A DNA stretch of 64,000 nucleotides. It comes from Octopus vulgaris (lineage: Eukaryota). Within the stretch, counting starts at the first letter, position 1. Each line of letters opens with the position of its first letter. The notes under the pieces are model-generated. The model made no database searches and was not told where the DNA came from. It saw only the letters and a program-made list of their open reading frames with translations. The translations under genes and the position numbers were made by a program. The stretch spans positions 33,666,001-33,730,000 of the forward strand of contig OX597830.1 of NCBI GenBank assembly GCA_951406725.2. The letters are read 5' to 3'. Below, piece after piece: positions 25,875 to 40,383 of the stretch.

Positions 25875-25884
25875 ATATCAGTTT

Positions 25885-28058
25885 CATATTTTTGCACAAG
25901 GTCAGCAACTTTGAGGAAGGGGTTAACTTGATTACATCGACCCCAGTACTCAACTGGTACTTAATTTATTGACCCTGAAAGGATGAAAGGTAAAGTTAAC
26001 TTTGATGGAATTTGAACTCAGAATGTAAACTCTTGAAAATACTTGCCCAAGGTGCTATGCAGTGAGACTGAACCACATGTTTCCAGGTTCAGTCCCACTG
26101 TGTGGCACATTGGGCAAGTTTCTTCTACTATAGCTTTGGGCTTACCAAGGCCTTGTGAGTGGATTTGGTTGACGGAAACTGAAAGAAGCCCATCGTATAT
26201 ATATATAAGTATATATATGTGCATATATATCTATGTGTGTGTCTGTGCTTGTTCCCCATCACCACTTGACAGTTGGTACTGGTGTGTTTATGTCCCCATA
26301 ACTTAGTAGTTCAGCAAAAGAGACTAATAGAATAAGTACCAGGTTTAAAAAGTAAGTACTGGGGTCGATTCATTTGACAAGAAATCCAAGGCAGTGCCCC
26401 AGCATAGCCACAGTCTGATGACTGAAACAGAAAGAAAATAAAAGATAAAAGATAAACACATTGCCAAGCATGCTAGTGATTCTGCTAGTTGGCAACCTTC
26501 GTGCTTAAAGTAATATCAACAACATTCATATTACACCCGTCAATAGTGTCACGGTTATGATGACTTCTTTAGTATTGGTTTCAAATTGCAGCACAAGGCC
26601 AGAAATTTTGTGGAGGAGGCCAGTCGATTACATCAACCCCAGTGATCAACTGGTACATATTTTATTGACCCTGAAGGGATAAAAAAAAAAAACAAAGTTG
26701 AACTTGGGGGAATTTGAACTCAGGTTGCAATGATGGATAAAATGCCACTAAGCATTTTACCCAGCGTGTTAACAATTCAGCCAGCTTGCTGCCTGAATGA
26801 TGACAATAATAATACTTTCTACTAAAAGCACAAGGCCTGGAATTTGGGAGGAGTGTGAGCTTCGACCCCAGTGTTTCACTGGTACTTAAATTTGTCAACC
26901 CCAAGAGGACGAAAAGCAAAGTCTACCTTAGTAGAATTTGAACTCAGAATGTAAAGACAGACAAAATGCTGCAAAGCATTTTGCCTGATGTGCTAACCAT
27001 TCTGCCAGCTTGCTGCCTTAATAAAGATAATTATCCTTTCTGCTATAGGCACAAGGCCTGAAATTTGGGAGAAGGGGACTAGTCCCTTAAATCAACCCCA
27101 ATGCTCCACTGGTACTTATTTCATTGAACCTGAAAGGATGAAAGACAAAGTTAGCCTCAGCAGGATTTGAACTCACAACATAAAAATTGACGAAATCCTG
27201 CTGAACATTTTGCCAAGCATGTTAACGATTTAGCCAGCTTGCTACCTTAACCGTGACAAAAAATATCCTTTCTATTAAAGGCACAAGGCCTGAAATTCTG
27301 GAGGAGGTGGGGCTAGTCAATTACATCAACCCCAGTGTTTCACTGGTACTTTAATTTATCAACCCTAAAAGGATGAAAGGCAAAGTCAACCTTGGTGGAA
27401 TTTGAACTCAGAACACCGCAAAGCATTTTGCCTGGCGTGCTAACGATTCTACCAGCTTGCCACCTTCAACCACTTCTTTAATATTCCCCACCAGTATTGT
27501 ACATGCTGTCAATGGCACTGCATGTGTTGCACATTAATATTGCACACATTAGCACCAAACTAATTAACTACAGGTGTTAATCAGAACTGAGAATCCCTAG
27601 TACATGACAGGTAGATTATTTCATTCTATAAACCTCAAAAGAATGCAAAGCAAGGTTGACCTCATAGGGATTTGAACTCAGAATGTAAAGCGTAGGAGGG
27701 GAAAGAGTGCAAGGCATTTTGTCAAACTGTCTAATAATTTCTGCCAATCTACATTACCGATTCTATTAATGTGACTGCCACAATAATATTAATGATGATA
27801 ATGACAACGACGACGACAACGATGAGGAGGAGGAGGAGGAGGAGGAAGAGGAGGAGAAAAATCACCGTCGACCACAGTCAGCAGCAGCACCCCCTCCACC
27901 ATCGACTTAATTGACATGATGATGATGATGATGATAATCACATCAAACATCATTATGATCATCGTAATTATATTTCATCATCATCATCATCATCGTATTT
28001 ATCATATTCACCAGCAGCAGCAGCAGCTGCATCAGAACCATCATCATCATAACCATCG

Positions 28059-28098
<40 letters not shown>

Positions 28099-28409
28099 AG
28101 GTGATTCTGTGAAAGACAGGCTATGGTTCAATTTCCTTATTAATTAAATCTTCTCCCTTGTGCTACTTAAACAGCTTAAATGAATTTAACTGTGATTGAA
28201 TAAACAACAACAACACAACAAACATAATATAACACATATAAAAATTATAAAAAACACACTGTCAGCTAATGATGATGATGATGATGATAATAATAAAAGA
28301 CAAATAAAATCAAGTAAACACGCTGAAAAATATTTTCTAAACAAAAAAAAAAATAAGAAACAAAAGAATGATGATGATAACAATGATGATGATAACAATG
28401 ATGATGATG

Positions 28410-28470
<61 letters not shown>

Positions 28471-28692
28471 TAATAGTAACACGTTCTACTAAAGGTACAA
28501 GGTCTGAAATTTGAGGAGAAGGGACTAATCGATTACATTGACCCCAGTGTTTCACTGGTACTTAATTTATCGACCCCAAAAGGATGAAAGGCAAAGTCAA
28601 CCTCCGTGGAATTTGAACTCAAAACGTAAAGATGGATGATATACTGTTTAGCATTTCGCCCGGTGTGCTAACAAATCTGCCAGCTCACCACC

Positions 28693-28745
<53 letters not shown>

Positions 28746-30110
28746 CTAGTTTTTTTACTTTGGGCACAGGATCCGAAATTTGGTGGGAGGGGACTAGTCG
28801 ACCCCAGTGCTTGGCTGGTACTTAATTTATCGACCTTGAATGGATGAATGGCAGAGTCAACCACAGTGGAATTTGAACTCATAATGTAGTGATGGGTGAA
28901 ATACTGCTAAGCATTTTATCCAGAGCGCTAACAATTCTGCCAGCTCACTGTCTTAATAATAATAATAGCAACAACAACAACAATGATAATAATAATAATG
29001 ATAATAATAATAATAATAATAATAATGATAATAATAATAATAATAATAGTTTCAAATTTTGGCACATATATATATGACAGGCTTCTTTTAGTTTCCATCT
29101 ACCAAATCCACTCACAAGGCTTTGGTCAGCCCCAGGATATAGTAGAAAATACTTGCTCAAGATACCATGCAGTGGGACGGAACCCAGAACCATGTGGTTG
29201 TGAGATAATAATGATTGCTTGAATGAAGGTGTGGCTGTGTAATAAAAGGTTTACTTTCCAATCACATGGTTCCAGGTTCAATCCTATTGTGTGGAACCTT
29301 GGGCAAGTGTCTTCAACTATGGCCTTTGTTTGACCAAAGACTTTTGAGTGGATTTGGTCGATGGAAACTGAAAGAAGCCCATCATACATATGTATATGTT
29401 TGCGCTTGTGTGCATATGCATAAATGTGTGTATGCAAGTATGTATGTGTGTGTGTGTGTGTCTGTGTGTCAGTGTTTGTCCCCTACCACCACTTAACAGC
29501 TGGTGTTGGTGCACTCATGTCTCCATAACTTAGAGGTTCAGCAAAAGAGACCGATAGATTAAGTACCAGGCTTGAAAAAAATAAGTTCTGGGGTCGTTAC
29601 ATTCGACTAAAATTCTTCAAGGTGGTGCCCCAGAATGGCCGTAGTCTAATGACTGAAACAAGTAAAAGATACAGGATAGGCTCAATTCTAGAAATTCTAA
29701 TGGAGAATAAAAAACAATCAATTCTATTGATCTCAGTGCTTGACTGATACTTATTTTATTGATCCGATCCAATGAGAAGTCAACCTTGGTAAGATTTGAA
29801 CTCAGAACTTAATGGGTTATAAATTAATATTGGTCTCAAACTTTTGGCACAAGGCCAGCAATTTTGGGTGAGAGAGTAAATTGATAGCATTGACCCCGGT
29901 GCTCACTTGGTACTTATTTTATTGACTTTGAAATGATGAAAAGCAAAGTTCTCCTTGGTGAAATTTGTGCTCAGAATGTAAAGTTCAATGAAACAATGCT
30001 AAGGATTTTGCTTGGCATGGTAATAGGTTTGCCAGCTCACTACTTTGCCTTGACTTAATATTGCAATTCATTTAGTCATTTTGTCTGACGCTCTAACAAT
30101 TCTGTCAGTC
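25885..30110 (-). repeat. Cluster of 10 or more family B SINE copies in minus orientation, interspersed with family A copies (26078-26452 +, 29228-29672 +) and trinucleotide microsatellites
   Basis: Repeated ggtacttaatttatcgacccc...ggatgaaaggcaaagtcaac...ggaatttgaactcagaa...ctgccagct. Confidence 0.85.
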
Positions 30111-30875
30111 TTAATAAAAACCTTGCTTTATTACTGCCGTGAGCACAACAGATCAGGAGACATTTCAAGGACAGTTTACAAAAAGCAGAGGAAGGGCAAT
30201 ATGAAGATCAAATGAAACGAACATTGATAGTGCATGCAATATATACATATATAGTAAAATCTCAAGAGGACAACGACCACAACAACCACCTAGAGCCAGT
30301 TGAGAAATGCTACAGGTGCAGGCTTACTCTGATTACCAGAAATATATGCCTTCTTGCAACTGTACTCCTTAATTTGCAGGATCATGCTGAGCCTGAGCAC
30401 TTTCACAGTTACCAAATGCACCGCTCTCATCTGTCAGCATCATCATCATCATCAGTTAATGTCCATTTTCCATTCTAGCATGGGTCGAATGGCATGGCAA
30501 GAGATGGCAAGGTACATATTTAGTTGAACAAATCGACCCCAGGACTTATTCTTTGTAAGTCTAGCACTTATTCTATTGGTCTCTTTTGCCAAACCACTAA
30601 GTTACAGGGATGTAAACACATCAACATCAGTTGTCAAGCAATGGTGGGGGAACAAGCACAGACACTCACAAATATATACACATGCACATATATTCGACAG
30701 GTTTCTTTTAGTTTCTGTCCACCAAATCCACTTACAAGGCTTTGGTTGGCCCAAGGCTATAGTAGAAGACACTTGTGCCAAGGTGCCATGCAGTGAGACT
30801 GAACACGGAACCATGTGTTTGGGAAGCAAGTTTCTTACCACACAACCACTTCATACCTATAGATATATATAAATA

Positions 30876-31100
30876 GGGTGGTGAGCTGGCAGAATTGTTA
30901 GCACACCAGGTGAAATGCTTAGCGGTATTTCGTCTGCCATTACATTTTAAGTTCAAATTCCACTAAGGTCAACTTTGCCTTTCATCCTTTTGAGGATGCA
31001 CTAGGATCGATGTAATCAACTTAATCCCTTTATCTGTCCTTGTTTGTCCCCTCTACATTTAGCCCCCTGTGGGCAATAAATAAATAAATAAATAAATAAA

Positions 31101-31105
<5 letters not shown>
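30876..31105 (+). mobile_element. SINE family B, long-tail variant
   Basis: ggtggtgagctggcagaa head and ...tttagccccctgtgggcaataaa(taaa)n tail. A further copy is at 41477-41705. Confidence 0.85.
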
Positions 31106-31128
<23 letters not shown>

Positions 31129-31131
<3 letters not shown>

Positions 31132-31432
31132 GGAGGCGCAATGGCCCAGTGGTTAGGGCAGCGGACTCGTGGTCGTAGGATTGCGGTTTCGATTCCCAGA
31201 CCAGGCATTGTGAGTGTTTATTGAGCGAAAACACCTAAAAAACGAGGCTCCGGCAGGGTGTGCTGATCCCTGCTGTACTCTTTCACCACTCTTTCTCCCA
31301 CTCTTCCTTCTGTTGTCCTGCTCGCTTAGCCAGCGGGGTGGCGTCATTCGAAGGCTAAAACAATGCGAACGCATTGTGACCAGCGATGTGTAACTACATC
31401 TGATGGTCTGGTCGGTCACGTGATCATGTGAT
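31129..31432 (+). mobile_element. tRNA-derived SINE family E, full length
   Basis: tggaggcgcaatggcccagtggttagggcagcggactcg...gtttcgattccc head (A and B boxes) and tail ggtcacgtgatcatgtga. A partial copy is at 50395-50594. Confidence 0.85.
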
Positions 31433-31869
31433 ATATATATATATATATAAAATAAAGATTTGAGGCCACCTAAAGTCATGATAAAGTCACTTTCCCAATG
31501 TGCACCATTCCAGAACCAAACTGAAATCCTTATAATAGCAATGTAAACATCATAAGTAACACTCAGTCATGCCAGCATTTTCCCAATGTTCTTGAGCGTG
31601 TATGTGTGTGTTATCTTTATCATCATTTCTACTTTTCCTTGCTTGCATGGGTTGGATAGATTTTATTGAAGCAGGTTTTCTAAAATTTGAATGCCTTCCC
31701 TGTCACCAACCCTCATCTGTTTCCAAACAAGGTAATATCTCCCCCATGGCCAGACATGTTCATGAAGATTATTAGAAATTAATGATGCTTCATGCAAGAA
31801 GTGACAATCATCTTATGACTATCATACAATGTGCAGAAAGAGATACAAAAATACACATACATACATACA

Positions 31870-31900
<31 letters not shown>

Positions 31901-31925
31901 GTACATACATATGTAAATGTATATA

Positions 31926-33018
31926 TACAAGGGAGAGTTAAAAATTATGCACACTTTTGTTTTTTCAAAGTATTTACACAGAAGCAGGGGATAAACAAAT
32001 ACGTCACTTTTCTATATAGTCTCCTTCCTTTCGATGCCTTTGGTCCAGTGGTACACAAGCTTGTGTATTCCCTTTAAGAAGGAGGTTTCCGGCTGGTCGT
32101 GCAAACATTTATGCACCACTTCCTTCACATCTTAATCATGATCATCATCGTTTAACATCTGTTTTCCATGCTAGCATGGGTTGAACGGTTTGACTGGGGT
32201 CTGGGAAGCCAGGAGGCTGCACCAGGCTCCAGTCTGATTTGGCAGTGTTTCTACAGCTGGATGCCCTTCCTAACGCCAACCACTCCGTGAGTGTAGTGGG
32301 TGCTTTTCACATGCCACCAGCACAGGCGCCAGGGGAGGCTGGCAATGGCCACAATCGGTTGGTGCTCTTTACGTGTCACCAGAATGGAAGCCAGTCAAGG
32401 CAGCGCTGGCATCAGCCACGTTCGGATGGTGCTTTTTACGTGCCACCAGCACAGGTATCACGACTACAATTTCCATTTGATTTTTATTTGATGTTGATGT
32501 ACTTAACTCAATAGGTCTCCACAAGAAATCAACGACCTCGTAAACCCTCTTCGAGCACTCCAAAGATATAATAGTTGGAAGGGGAAAGATCTGGACTGTA
32601 GGCTGGGTGTTCCAGCACCTTCAAAATCCAATTGGTTTATGGTTTCAACAGTCAGAGCAGCCGTGTGTGGGCGTGCATTGTCATGCAACAACAAAACTTT
32701 CTTGGACAACAGGCTTTGGAATTTGGTGCAAATTTCCAGCTTCAGTTTGTTGACCAGCAAAGCACTGTATCTTGCACTGTTGATCATACATCCCTTTTTC
32801 CGGAGAAATCAGATCACTGCTCTTCGTTCTCTTTTGATGCACATTGCTAGTGAGGTGGTCATGCTTACACTGCAAAGCCAGAATGAAAAATGGTGCAATC
32901 AGGCTCAAACCTGGATCCTGTGACTACAATAGTACCCACTATAAGCATGCATGCACAAAAGGCAGTGCCAACAACAATAAAGATATGTTATGGTGAAAGT
33001 GCAGATAATTTTTGACTT
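31926..33018 (-). mobile_element. Internally deleted mariner element with a family C insertion (about 32137-32520)
   Basis: TIR remnants tacaagggagagttaaaaattatgcacactt and aagtgcagataatttttgactt. Motifs LLLHDNARPHTA and, after a frameshift, HPAYSPDLSPSNY. Confidence 0.85.
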
Positions 33019-33021
33019 TTG

Positions 33022-33424
33022 CTTTTATTTGTTTTAGTCATTAGACTATGGCCATGCTGGGACACCACCTTGAAGGATGGTTTTTTTTTGTCATATGAAT
33101 AAACCCTAGGAACTATGTTTTTTAAGTTTTGTAATTGTTCTATTGGTCTCTTTTGTCAAACCACTATGTCATGGAACAATACCGGTTGTCAAATGGTAAT
33201 GTGATACTGGGGTACAAACACAGACACAAACACACACACTGATACAGATATATATATATATAGGTGCAGGAGTGGCTGTTTGGTAAGTAGCTTGCTTACC
33301 AGCCACATGGTCCCGGGTTCAGTGCCACACAGTGGAACCTTTGGCAAGTGTCTTCTACTATAGCCTCAGGCTGCCCAAAGCCTTCTGAGTGGATTTGATA
33401 GGCAGAAACTGAATGAAGCCCATC

Positions 33425-33462
<38 letters not shown>

Positions 33463-33835
33463 TTGTATATGTTTGTGTGTCTGCATTTGTCCCCCATTAC
33501 TGCTTGAAAACCGATGTTAGTGTGTTTATGTCCTCATAACTTTGTGGTTCGGCAAAAGAGACCTATAGAATAAGTGCTAGGCTTATTTGTTCTACAAAAA
33601 GCGGTGCTCCAGCATGGCTGCAGTGAAATGGCTGAAATAAATAACAGAAAGAATAAAAGAAAAAATATATATATGTATATATATGACAGGCTTCTTTCAG
33701 TTTCCACCTACCAAATCCATTAACAAGATTTTGGCTGGCTCGGAGCTATTGTAGAAGACATTTGCCCAAAGTGCCATGCAATGGAATTCAACATGGAGCC
33801 ATGTGGTTGGGAAACAATCTTGTTACAACACAGCT
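33022..33835. mobile_element. A - family A SINE split by a + family A SINE (33262-33660) inserted in its (TA)n tract
   Basis: Order is tail(-), then full(+), then head(-). Confidence 0.8.
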
Positions 33836-35323
33836 TATGCATGCTTTCACTTGTATACCTATACATGTATGTGTGTGTGTGTGCGTGTGTGCATGAGTGT
33901 GTGTGTGGAAGGGGGAGGGTGTTGCAGAAGAGAACAGTAAAGCTATGATGCAGCACTAATCATATTTCTTTAATATGCTGTGTCAAGATTTGCTTCCCGT
34001 TTTATTTCTCATTGGAGACTAATGTCACAGCCCTGAATTATTTATAATTACCTATAATTCATTGAGTTTGCCTTTGTGTGTTATAAATGCTATCAAGATG
34101 AGTTGAAATGTACTCTGTCGAGTTCATTGTTAGTCTTGTTATCACTTAGTATATACCAACATGACCCTCTTTGTATGCACTTTCAATGCTGGCATGGGTT
34201 GGGCAGGTTGTCACCAGCGAAGTTGATTCTTATTTGGTATTACTGTTCTTTGAGATAGATTAGGAGATTACGTTTTTTGCTTTATACCTCACATGTTTTG
34301 GTATAGTTCCTATGGCTGAATATTCTTCCTCAACACCAGCTACTTTACAAAATATATTCACTGTATCTCATTGTTGCACCAGCATCAGAGAGGTTGTCAT
34401 GTCTTTTGTGAGACAAAAGGTTCTGTTCACTTTTAGTACGCTGTGTTCCCTTATACAGCTATTCCATCCATAAATATCATAAGGCTATACCATAGTAGGA
34501 TTCCCTTTTGTACTGCATGTCTCTTATTTCTCTTATATCTTATGGATTGAATTGGACTGGATTAAATTGTCCATGTCCTGTCCATTGCAAAACGCGGGCC
34601 TCAACATGTTCCCTCCACCAACTACTGTTTGATGTGGAGGTTGTGAATTTAATATTGCCATCATTCTGGTTTGATGATCATACACTGCCTCACTGCCCCA
34701 ATATGGCTTTGCAGAAGGATACAGTTTTTATGCTCATACCCAGGGGTAGTAAAGTTGTTTACATCGACCCCCAGTGTTCAAGTGGTCCTTATTTGATTGA
34801 CCCCCAAAGGGATGAAAGACAAGGTCTACCATGAGGGAATTTGAACTCAAAACATAGTGACAGAGGAAATACCACTAAGCATTTTACCCAGCATGCTAAC
34901 AAATGTACCAGCTTTCCACCTATCTTGTGCATAAGTATCAAAAAATCAACTTAATAAATTCAAATGTAAAATGCTGTTAAGGCACAGGCAAGACTGAGTG
35001 GTAAGAAGTTTGCTTCTCAACCATATGGTTCTGGGTTCAGTCCCACCGCATGGCATATTGAGCAAGTGTCTTCTGCTATAGCCTCAGACAAACCAAATCC
35101 TTGCAAGTAGATTTGGCAGATGGAAACTGAAAGAAGCCTTTCATATACATATATATAAAGTAGTTTATGCTATCAATTTAATGTGACAGTCCCATTGAAG
35201 GGAATAATACTACTGCTATTTAGCCCTAGGAAGCAGCAACGCTTCCTGTCAGCCTTGACACATTTCCTATGTCCTTATGTTTATGAGAGGGAGATAAGCA
35301 ACCCCAACCAGCTAAGCCTGCAC

Positions 35324-35364
35324 CCAGAGACTAGTTTCTGAGTCATTGCTCGTTTTCAGTCTGG
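35324..35364 (-). ncRNA. Degenerate minimal hammerhead (G8A) in a roughly 290-bp insert within the (TA)n tract of a family A SINE (34980-35700)
   Basis: ccaga CTGAAAA c gag-caatga-ctc a GAAAC ta GTC^ tctgg. Helix I is 5 bp and helix III is the palindrome ACTAGT. Confidence 0.6.
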
Positions 35365-35443
35365 AGTACCATGGTTTGCTAGTTGGAGATGCCTATCTAG
35401 CACTTGTGAACATATAATAATTCGAGAGAAATACATCCACTGA

Positions 35444-35488
<45 letters not shown>

Positions 35489-35775
35489 ATATTTGTGTGT
35501 CTGTGTTTGTCCCCACCACCGTCACTTGACAACAGGTGCTGGTGTGTTTACAACCCGTAACTTAGCAGTTTAACAAAAGAGAATGACAGACTAAATACGA
35601 AGTTTACAAAGAATAAATTCTGGGATCAATTTGCTTGACTAAAGGCGGTGCTCCAGCATGGCAGCAGTCAAATGACTGAAACAAGTAAAAGAGTAAAAGG
35701 ATAAAACAGTAAGACAATAATGACAAAGATTCTTTTAACCCATTCATACTTCTTTGTTCTTACTTATTAATGATA

Positions 35776-36100
35776 GGAGCATTCCAACGGTTGCGATAAC
35801 AAGGGTCCCAGCTGATGCGATCAACAGAACAGCTTGCTCGTGAAATTAATGTGCATGTGGCTGAGCACTCCACAGACATGTGTACCCTTAACATAATTCT
35901 CAGGGAGATTCAGCGTGACACTGTGCGACAAGGCCGGCCCTTTGAAATACAGGTACTACTCATTTTTACCAGCTGAGTGGACTGGAGCAACGTGAAATAA
36001 AGTGTCTTGCTCAAGGACTCAATGCGCCTCCGGGAATTGAACTCACAACCTTACGATCATGAGCCGAATGCCCCTAACCACTAAGCCAAGTGCCTTCACT
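35776..36100 (-). mobile_element. CORE-like SINE family D with a 12-bp TSD
   Basis: TSD ttattaatgata at 35764-35775 and 36101-36112. Confidence 0.9.
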
Positions 36101-36117
36101 TTATTAATGATACACAA

Positions 36118-36284
36118 AGGCGCAGAAGTGGCTGTGTGGTAAGTAACTTGTTTACCACACCACATGGTTCCGGGTTCAGTCCCACTGCGTGGCACCTTGG
36201 GCAAGTGTCTTCTACTATAGCCTCGGGCCAACCAAAGCCTTGTGAGTGGATTTGGTAGACGGAAACTGAAAGAAGCCCGTCGTA

Positions 36285-36317
<33 letters not shown>

Positions 36318-36553
36318 GCGTGTGTGTGTTTGTGTGTCTGTGTTTGTCCCCCTAGCATTGCTTGACAACCGATGCTGGTGTGTTTATGTCCCCGTTACTT
36401 AGCGGTTCGGCAAAAGAGACCGATAGAATAAGTACTGGGCTTACAAAAGAATAAGTCCCGGGGGTCGAGTTGCTCGATTAAAGGCGGTGCTCCAGCATGG
36501 CCGCAGTCAAATGACTGAAACAAGTAAAAGAGTAAAAGAGAGTAAGAGTAAGA
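36118..36553 (+). mobile_element. SINE family A, best-preserved (CpG-rich) copy
   Basis: A-box gtggctgtgtggtaag, B-box ggttcagtccc, ccttgggcaagtg core, internal (TA)(TG) tract and (GTAAAAGA)n tail. Confidence 0.92.
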
Positions 36554-36749
36554 GTATCCGGTGTAACATTAGTGACCTTTATTTCTTTCTAGTCTCTGCT
36601 AATCCTTTGCAGTCAAGGTCCACATCTGTTACCATGCAGCATTGCATTTTGTGCATAAGTATCATACAGTGTGCTCTTCGTTCGATGAAGAAGTCTTTTG
36701 CTGTCAGCTGAAGTGATACACCCCCTCCATTCCTATTCTGGTTAATATA

Positions 36750-37080
36750 AAAAAAAAAGACTCCGCCGGTTACGACGATGAGGGTTCCGGTTGATCCGAA
36801 TCAACGGAACAGCTTGCTCGTGAAATTAACGTGCAAATGGCTGAGCATTCCACAGACACGTGTACCCTTAACGTAGTTCTCGGGGATAATCAGCGTGACA
36901 CAGAGAGTGACAAGGCTGACCCTTTGAAATACAAGTACAACTCATTTTTGCCAGCTGAGTGGACTGGAGCAACGTGAAATAAAGTGTCTTGCTCAAGGAC
37001 ACAACGCGTCGCCGGGAATCAAACTCACAACCTTACGATCATGAGCCGAATGTCCTAACCACTAAACCACGCACCCTCAC
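36750..37080 (-). mobile_element. CORE-like SINE family D, young copy with a 13-bp TSD and oligo-T tail
   Basis: TSD tctggttaatata at 36737-36749 and 37081-37093. Contains the gtgtccttgagcaagacact core. Confidence 0.92.
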
Positions 37081-37828
37081 TCTGGTTAATATACTGTCAG
37101 AGCAGCAACACCCATTAACAATTTGGTTATCTCAGCAACAGAACCTAACAACGATGCTACAAGACCTACTCAGGCATTTGTGAGAATCTATTTCCTGTAT
37201 ATTCTTAGTTATTATTCCTCTTGTGAGTCAGTTGCATATGAATGCTATTTTCCTTATAAGGTTACCTCAGGTGCATTCATTATTTTACGTTACACACAGA
37301 CATGCATATGTGTGCATACGGCAACATATTTATGCATGCAAGTGCATATGCATAATTGCATCTATTGACATTTGGTCATTTCTTTTTTCTCATATCCAAT
37401 CCCTCCATTGTTGCATGGATTAGATGGATATGTCATTCAGGTGTTCTTTTACAGCTGGGTGCCCTTCCTGTCACTAACCTTTATCTGTTTTTCAAATGAG
37501 GAAACCCTTATTGTATGTGGTGGCTTTGAAGGCATGAAGTGAAAGAATGATTTGTTGACGAGTGAACAGACTACAACAGCCGCACTGCCTACCTGTTGTA
37601 AATTTTGTGAGAGTGAGTAAGATCTAACCAAACACAAACACACTACACACACACACACACACAGACACACACACAGACACACACAGACACAGACACACAC
37701 ACACACGCACACACACATACTCACACACTCACACATACATGTACCATGCATTATTATAAATGTACATATGAAATAATGCATATATAGGTGTATAAATGCA
37801 TGAGTATATGACTGCATATATCTCTCTG

Positions 37829-38165
37829 CATGAAGGCTCATGTCTGTGGTTTGAGCGTTGAGCTTGTGATCGTGAGGTTGTGAGTTTGAATCCCAGACCA
37901 GGCTGTGTGTTGTGTTCTTGGGCAAGACACTATATTTCACGTTGCTCCTGTTCACTCAGCTGTAGAAATGAATTGGGACGTCACAGGTGCCAAGCTGTAC
38001 TGGGCTTTGCCTTTCCCTTGGATAACACTGGTGGCATGGAGAGGGGAGGCCAGTATGCATGGGTGACAACTGGTCTTCCATAAACAACCTTGCCTGGACT
38101 TGTGCCTGGGAGGCTAAATTTCTAGGTGCAATCCCAGGGTCAGTCATGACGGAAAGGGGTCTCAG
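37829..38165 (+). mobile_element. tRNA-derived SINE (family D head, different tail)
   Basis: gagtttgaatcccagacc...gtgttcttgggcaagacact. The tail is related to 24965-25170. Confidence 0.7.
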
Positions 38166-38363
38166 CATATCTCTCTGTATAGGTGTCTGTATATATGTGT
38201 GTTTGTGTGCGTGTGTGTGTGTGTGTGTGTGCTCTACACATGATGACATTTCTGGGACCACTAACCTGGGATGACCCGAGTATCACCAAGCAAGAGCATG
38301 AAGTGAAGCAAAGCATGTGTGTGTGTGTGACTGTATTTGGCTATTTATACACATATACTTCTA

Positions 38364-39630
38364 TAGGCATGAGTGGTGGTACAAAGTTTGCTTTCCAGCA
38401 TCATGGTTCTGTGTTCAATTCCATTACATGACACCTTGTGCAGTTGTTTTCCACTATAACTCTGGATTGACCAATACCCTTCACATGAATTTGGTACATG
38501 GAAACTGAAAGAAACCTGTGATGTATGTATGTATGTTTGTATGTATGTTTGTATGTATGTATGTATGTATGTATATATGTATGTATGTATGCTTGCAAGT
38601 CTTTGCATATGTTTTAGCCCCTACCACCACTTGACAACTGGTGTTTGCATATTTATGTTACCATAACTTAGCATAACTTAGCAGTTCAGCAAAAGAAACT
38701 GATAGGAAACTTAAAAACAGATAAGTACTTCGGTCAATTCACTTGACTAAAAGCTTTCAAGGTGGTGCCCCAGCATGGCCACAGTTTAAAAACTAAAGCA
38801 AGTAAAAGATATCAGATATATGCATAAATAATGAAATATATATATGTGTGTGGTAAGAAGCTTGCTTTCCAACCACATGGTTCTGGGTTCAATCACACTG
38901 TGTGGCACCTTGGGTGTCTTCTACTAGAGCTTTGGGCTGACCAAAGCCTTGTGAGTGGATTTGGTAGACGAAAACTGAAAGAAGCCTATCGTATACATAT
39001 ATATTCTTTTATTCTTTTATTTGTTTCAGTCATTTTACTGTGGCCATGCTGGAGCACCAAATTTTGGTGAGCAAATCGACCCCAGGACTTATTCTTTGTA
39101 AGTCAAGTACTCATTCTATCAGTCTCTTTCGCCGAACTGCTAAGTTATGGGGGGTTGTAAGCACACCAGCATCAGTTGTCAAGCAATGCTGGGGGGACAA
39201 ACACAGACACACAAATACACACTCACACACACACACATACGCACACACACACACACATACATATGCTGGGCTTGTTTCAGATTCTGTCTACCAAATTCAC
39301 TCACAAGTCTTTGGTCAGCCCAAGTGGGACTGAACCCAGAACCATCTGGTTGCTAAGGAAGTTACTTACCACATAGCCACTCCTGCACCTATATATATGT
39401 GTATGTATATATGTATACGTTTGTGTGCCCTTGTTTGTCCCTCCACCATCACTTGACATACGATGTTGGTGTGTTTACATACCTATAACTGAGCAGTCCA
39501 GCAAAAGAATTTGATATAATAATTACTAGGCTTAAAAAGAATAAGTCCTGTCGTGTCAATTTATTCGACTAAAGGCGGTGCTCCAGTATGGCCGCAGTCA
39601 AATGACAGAAACAAATAATAGAATAAAGAA
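38364..39630. mobile_element. Cluster of family A SINEs (one + copy, and one + copy split by a - copy at 39003-39390)
   Basis: Similarity to 36118-36553 on both strands. Confidence 0.8.
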
Positions 39631-40322
39631 TACAGAAATACACACACATACACACAGACACACACACACACACACATAGTTACACATATTGAAATATATT
39701 TATACATTACAAATGCATGTATATTCATGTGCACTTCATCATCATCATCATCATTATCATCATTTCTGTACTGGCAAGTGTTGGACACACATGGCAAACA
39801 CACACACACACTCACACACATACACACATACACACACATGCACGCATGCACACACATGCATATGTTCATAGCCACCTATGCGTTTATGGGTGGTCTAATG
39901 AGAGAAGACGATAGATGGATATACAGATAGGCTTGTAAATTAATAATTAGATGAAGCTATTCAGATGGCAGAGAAAATGAACTTGTTTAAATGAAGCTGG
40001 CAATTTAGACTTTGTTCAAGGATTGTTATTTTCTCTTTTTGACTTCTTTTATAGCTAAGGAGGAAGGTTCTAGTATTTGCAATTGTTACATATATATGTC
40101 TGTGTATGTGTGCATGCTTGCATGCATGTGTGTGTCTATTTTTGTTTAATTTATTGGTCTATTTTGGTTTTATTTTTTCCTTTTCTATTTTAGATTCTTT
40201 CAAGACTCTATAGTTTCTATTTTCAATTAAAAGCTGTTGTGTGCTCTAGTTCGCATTTTAATTAATGAAAAGGTCAGAAGATAGAGAAAGGGAAGAAAAA
40301 ACATACACGTATATATATATGC

Positions 40323-40383
<61 letters not shown>

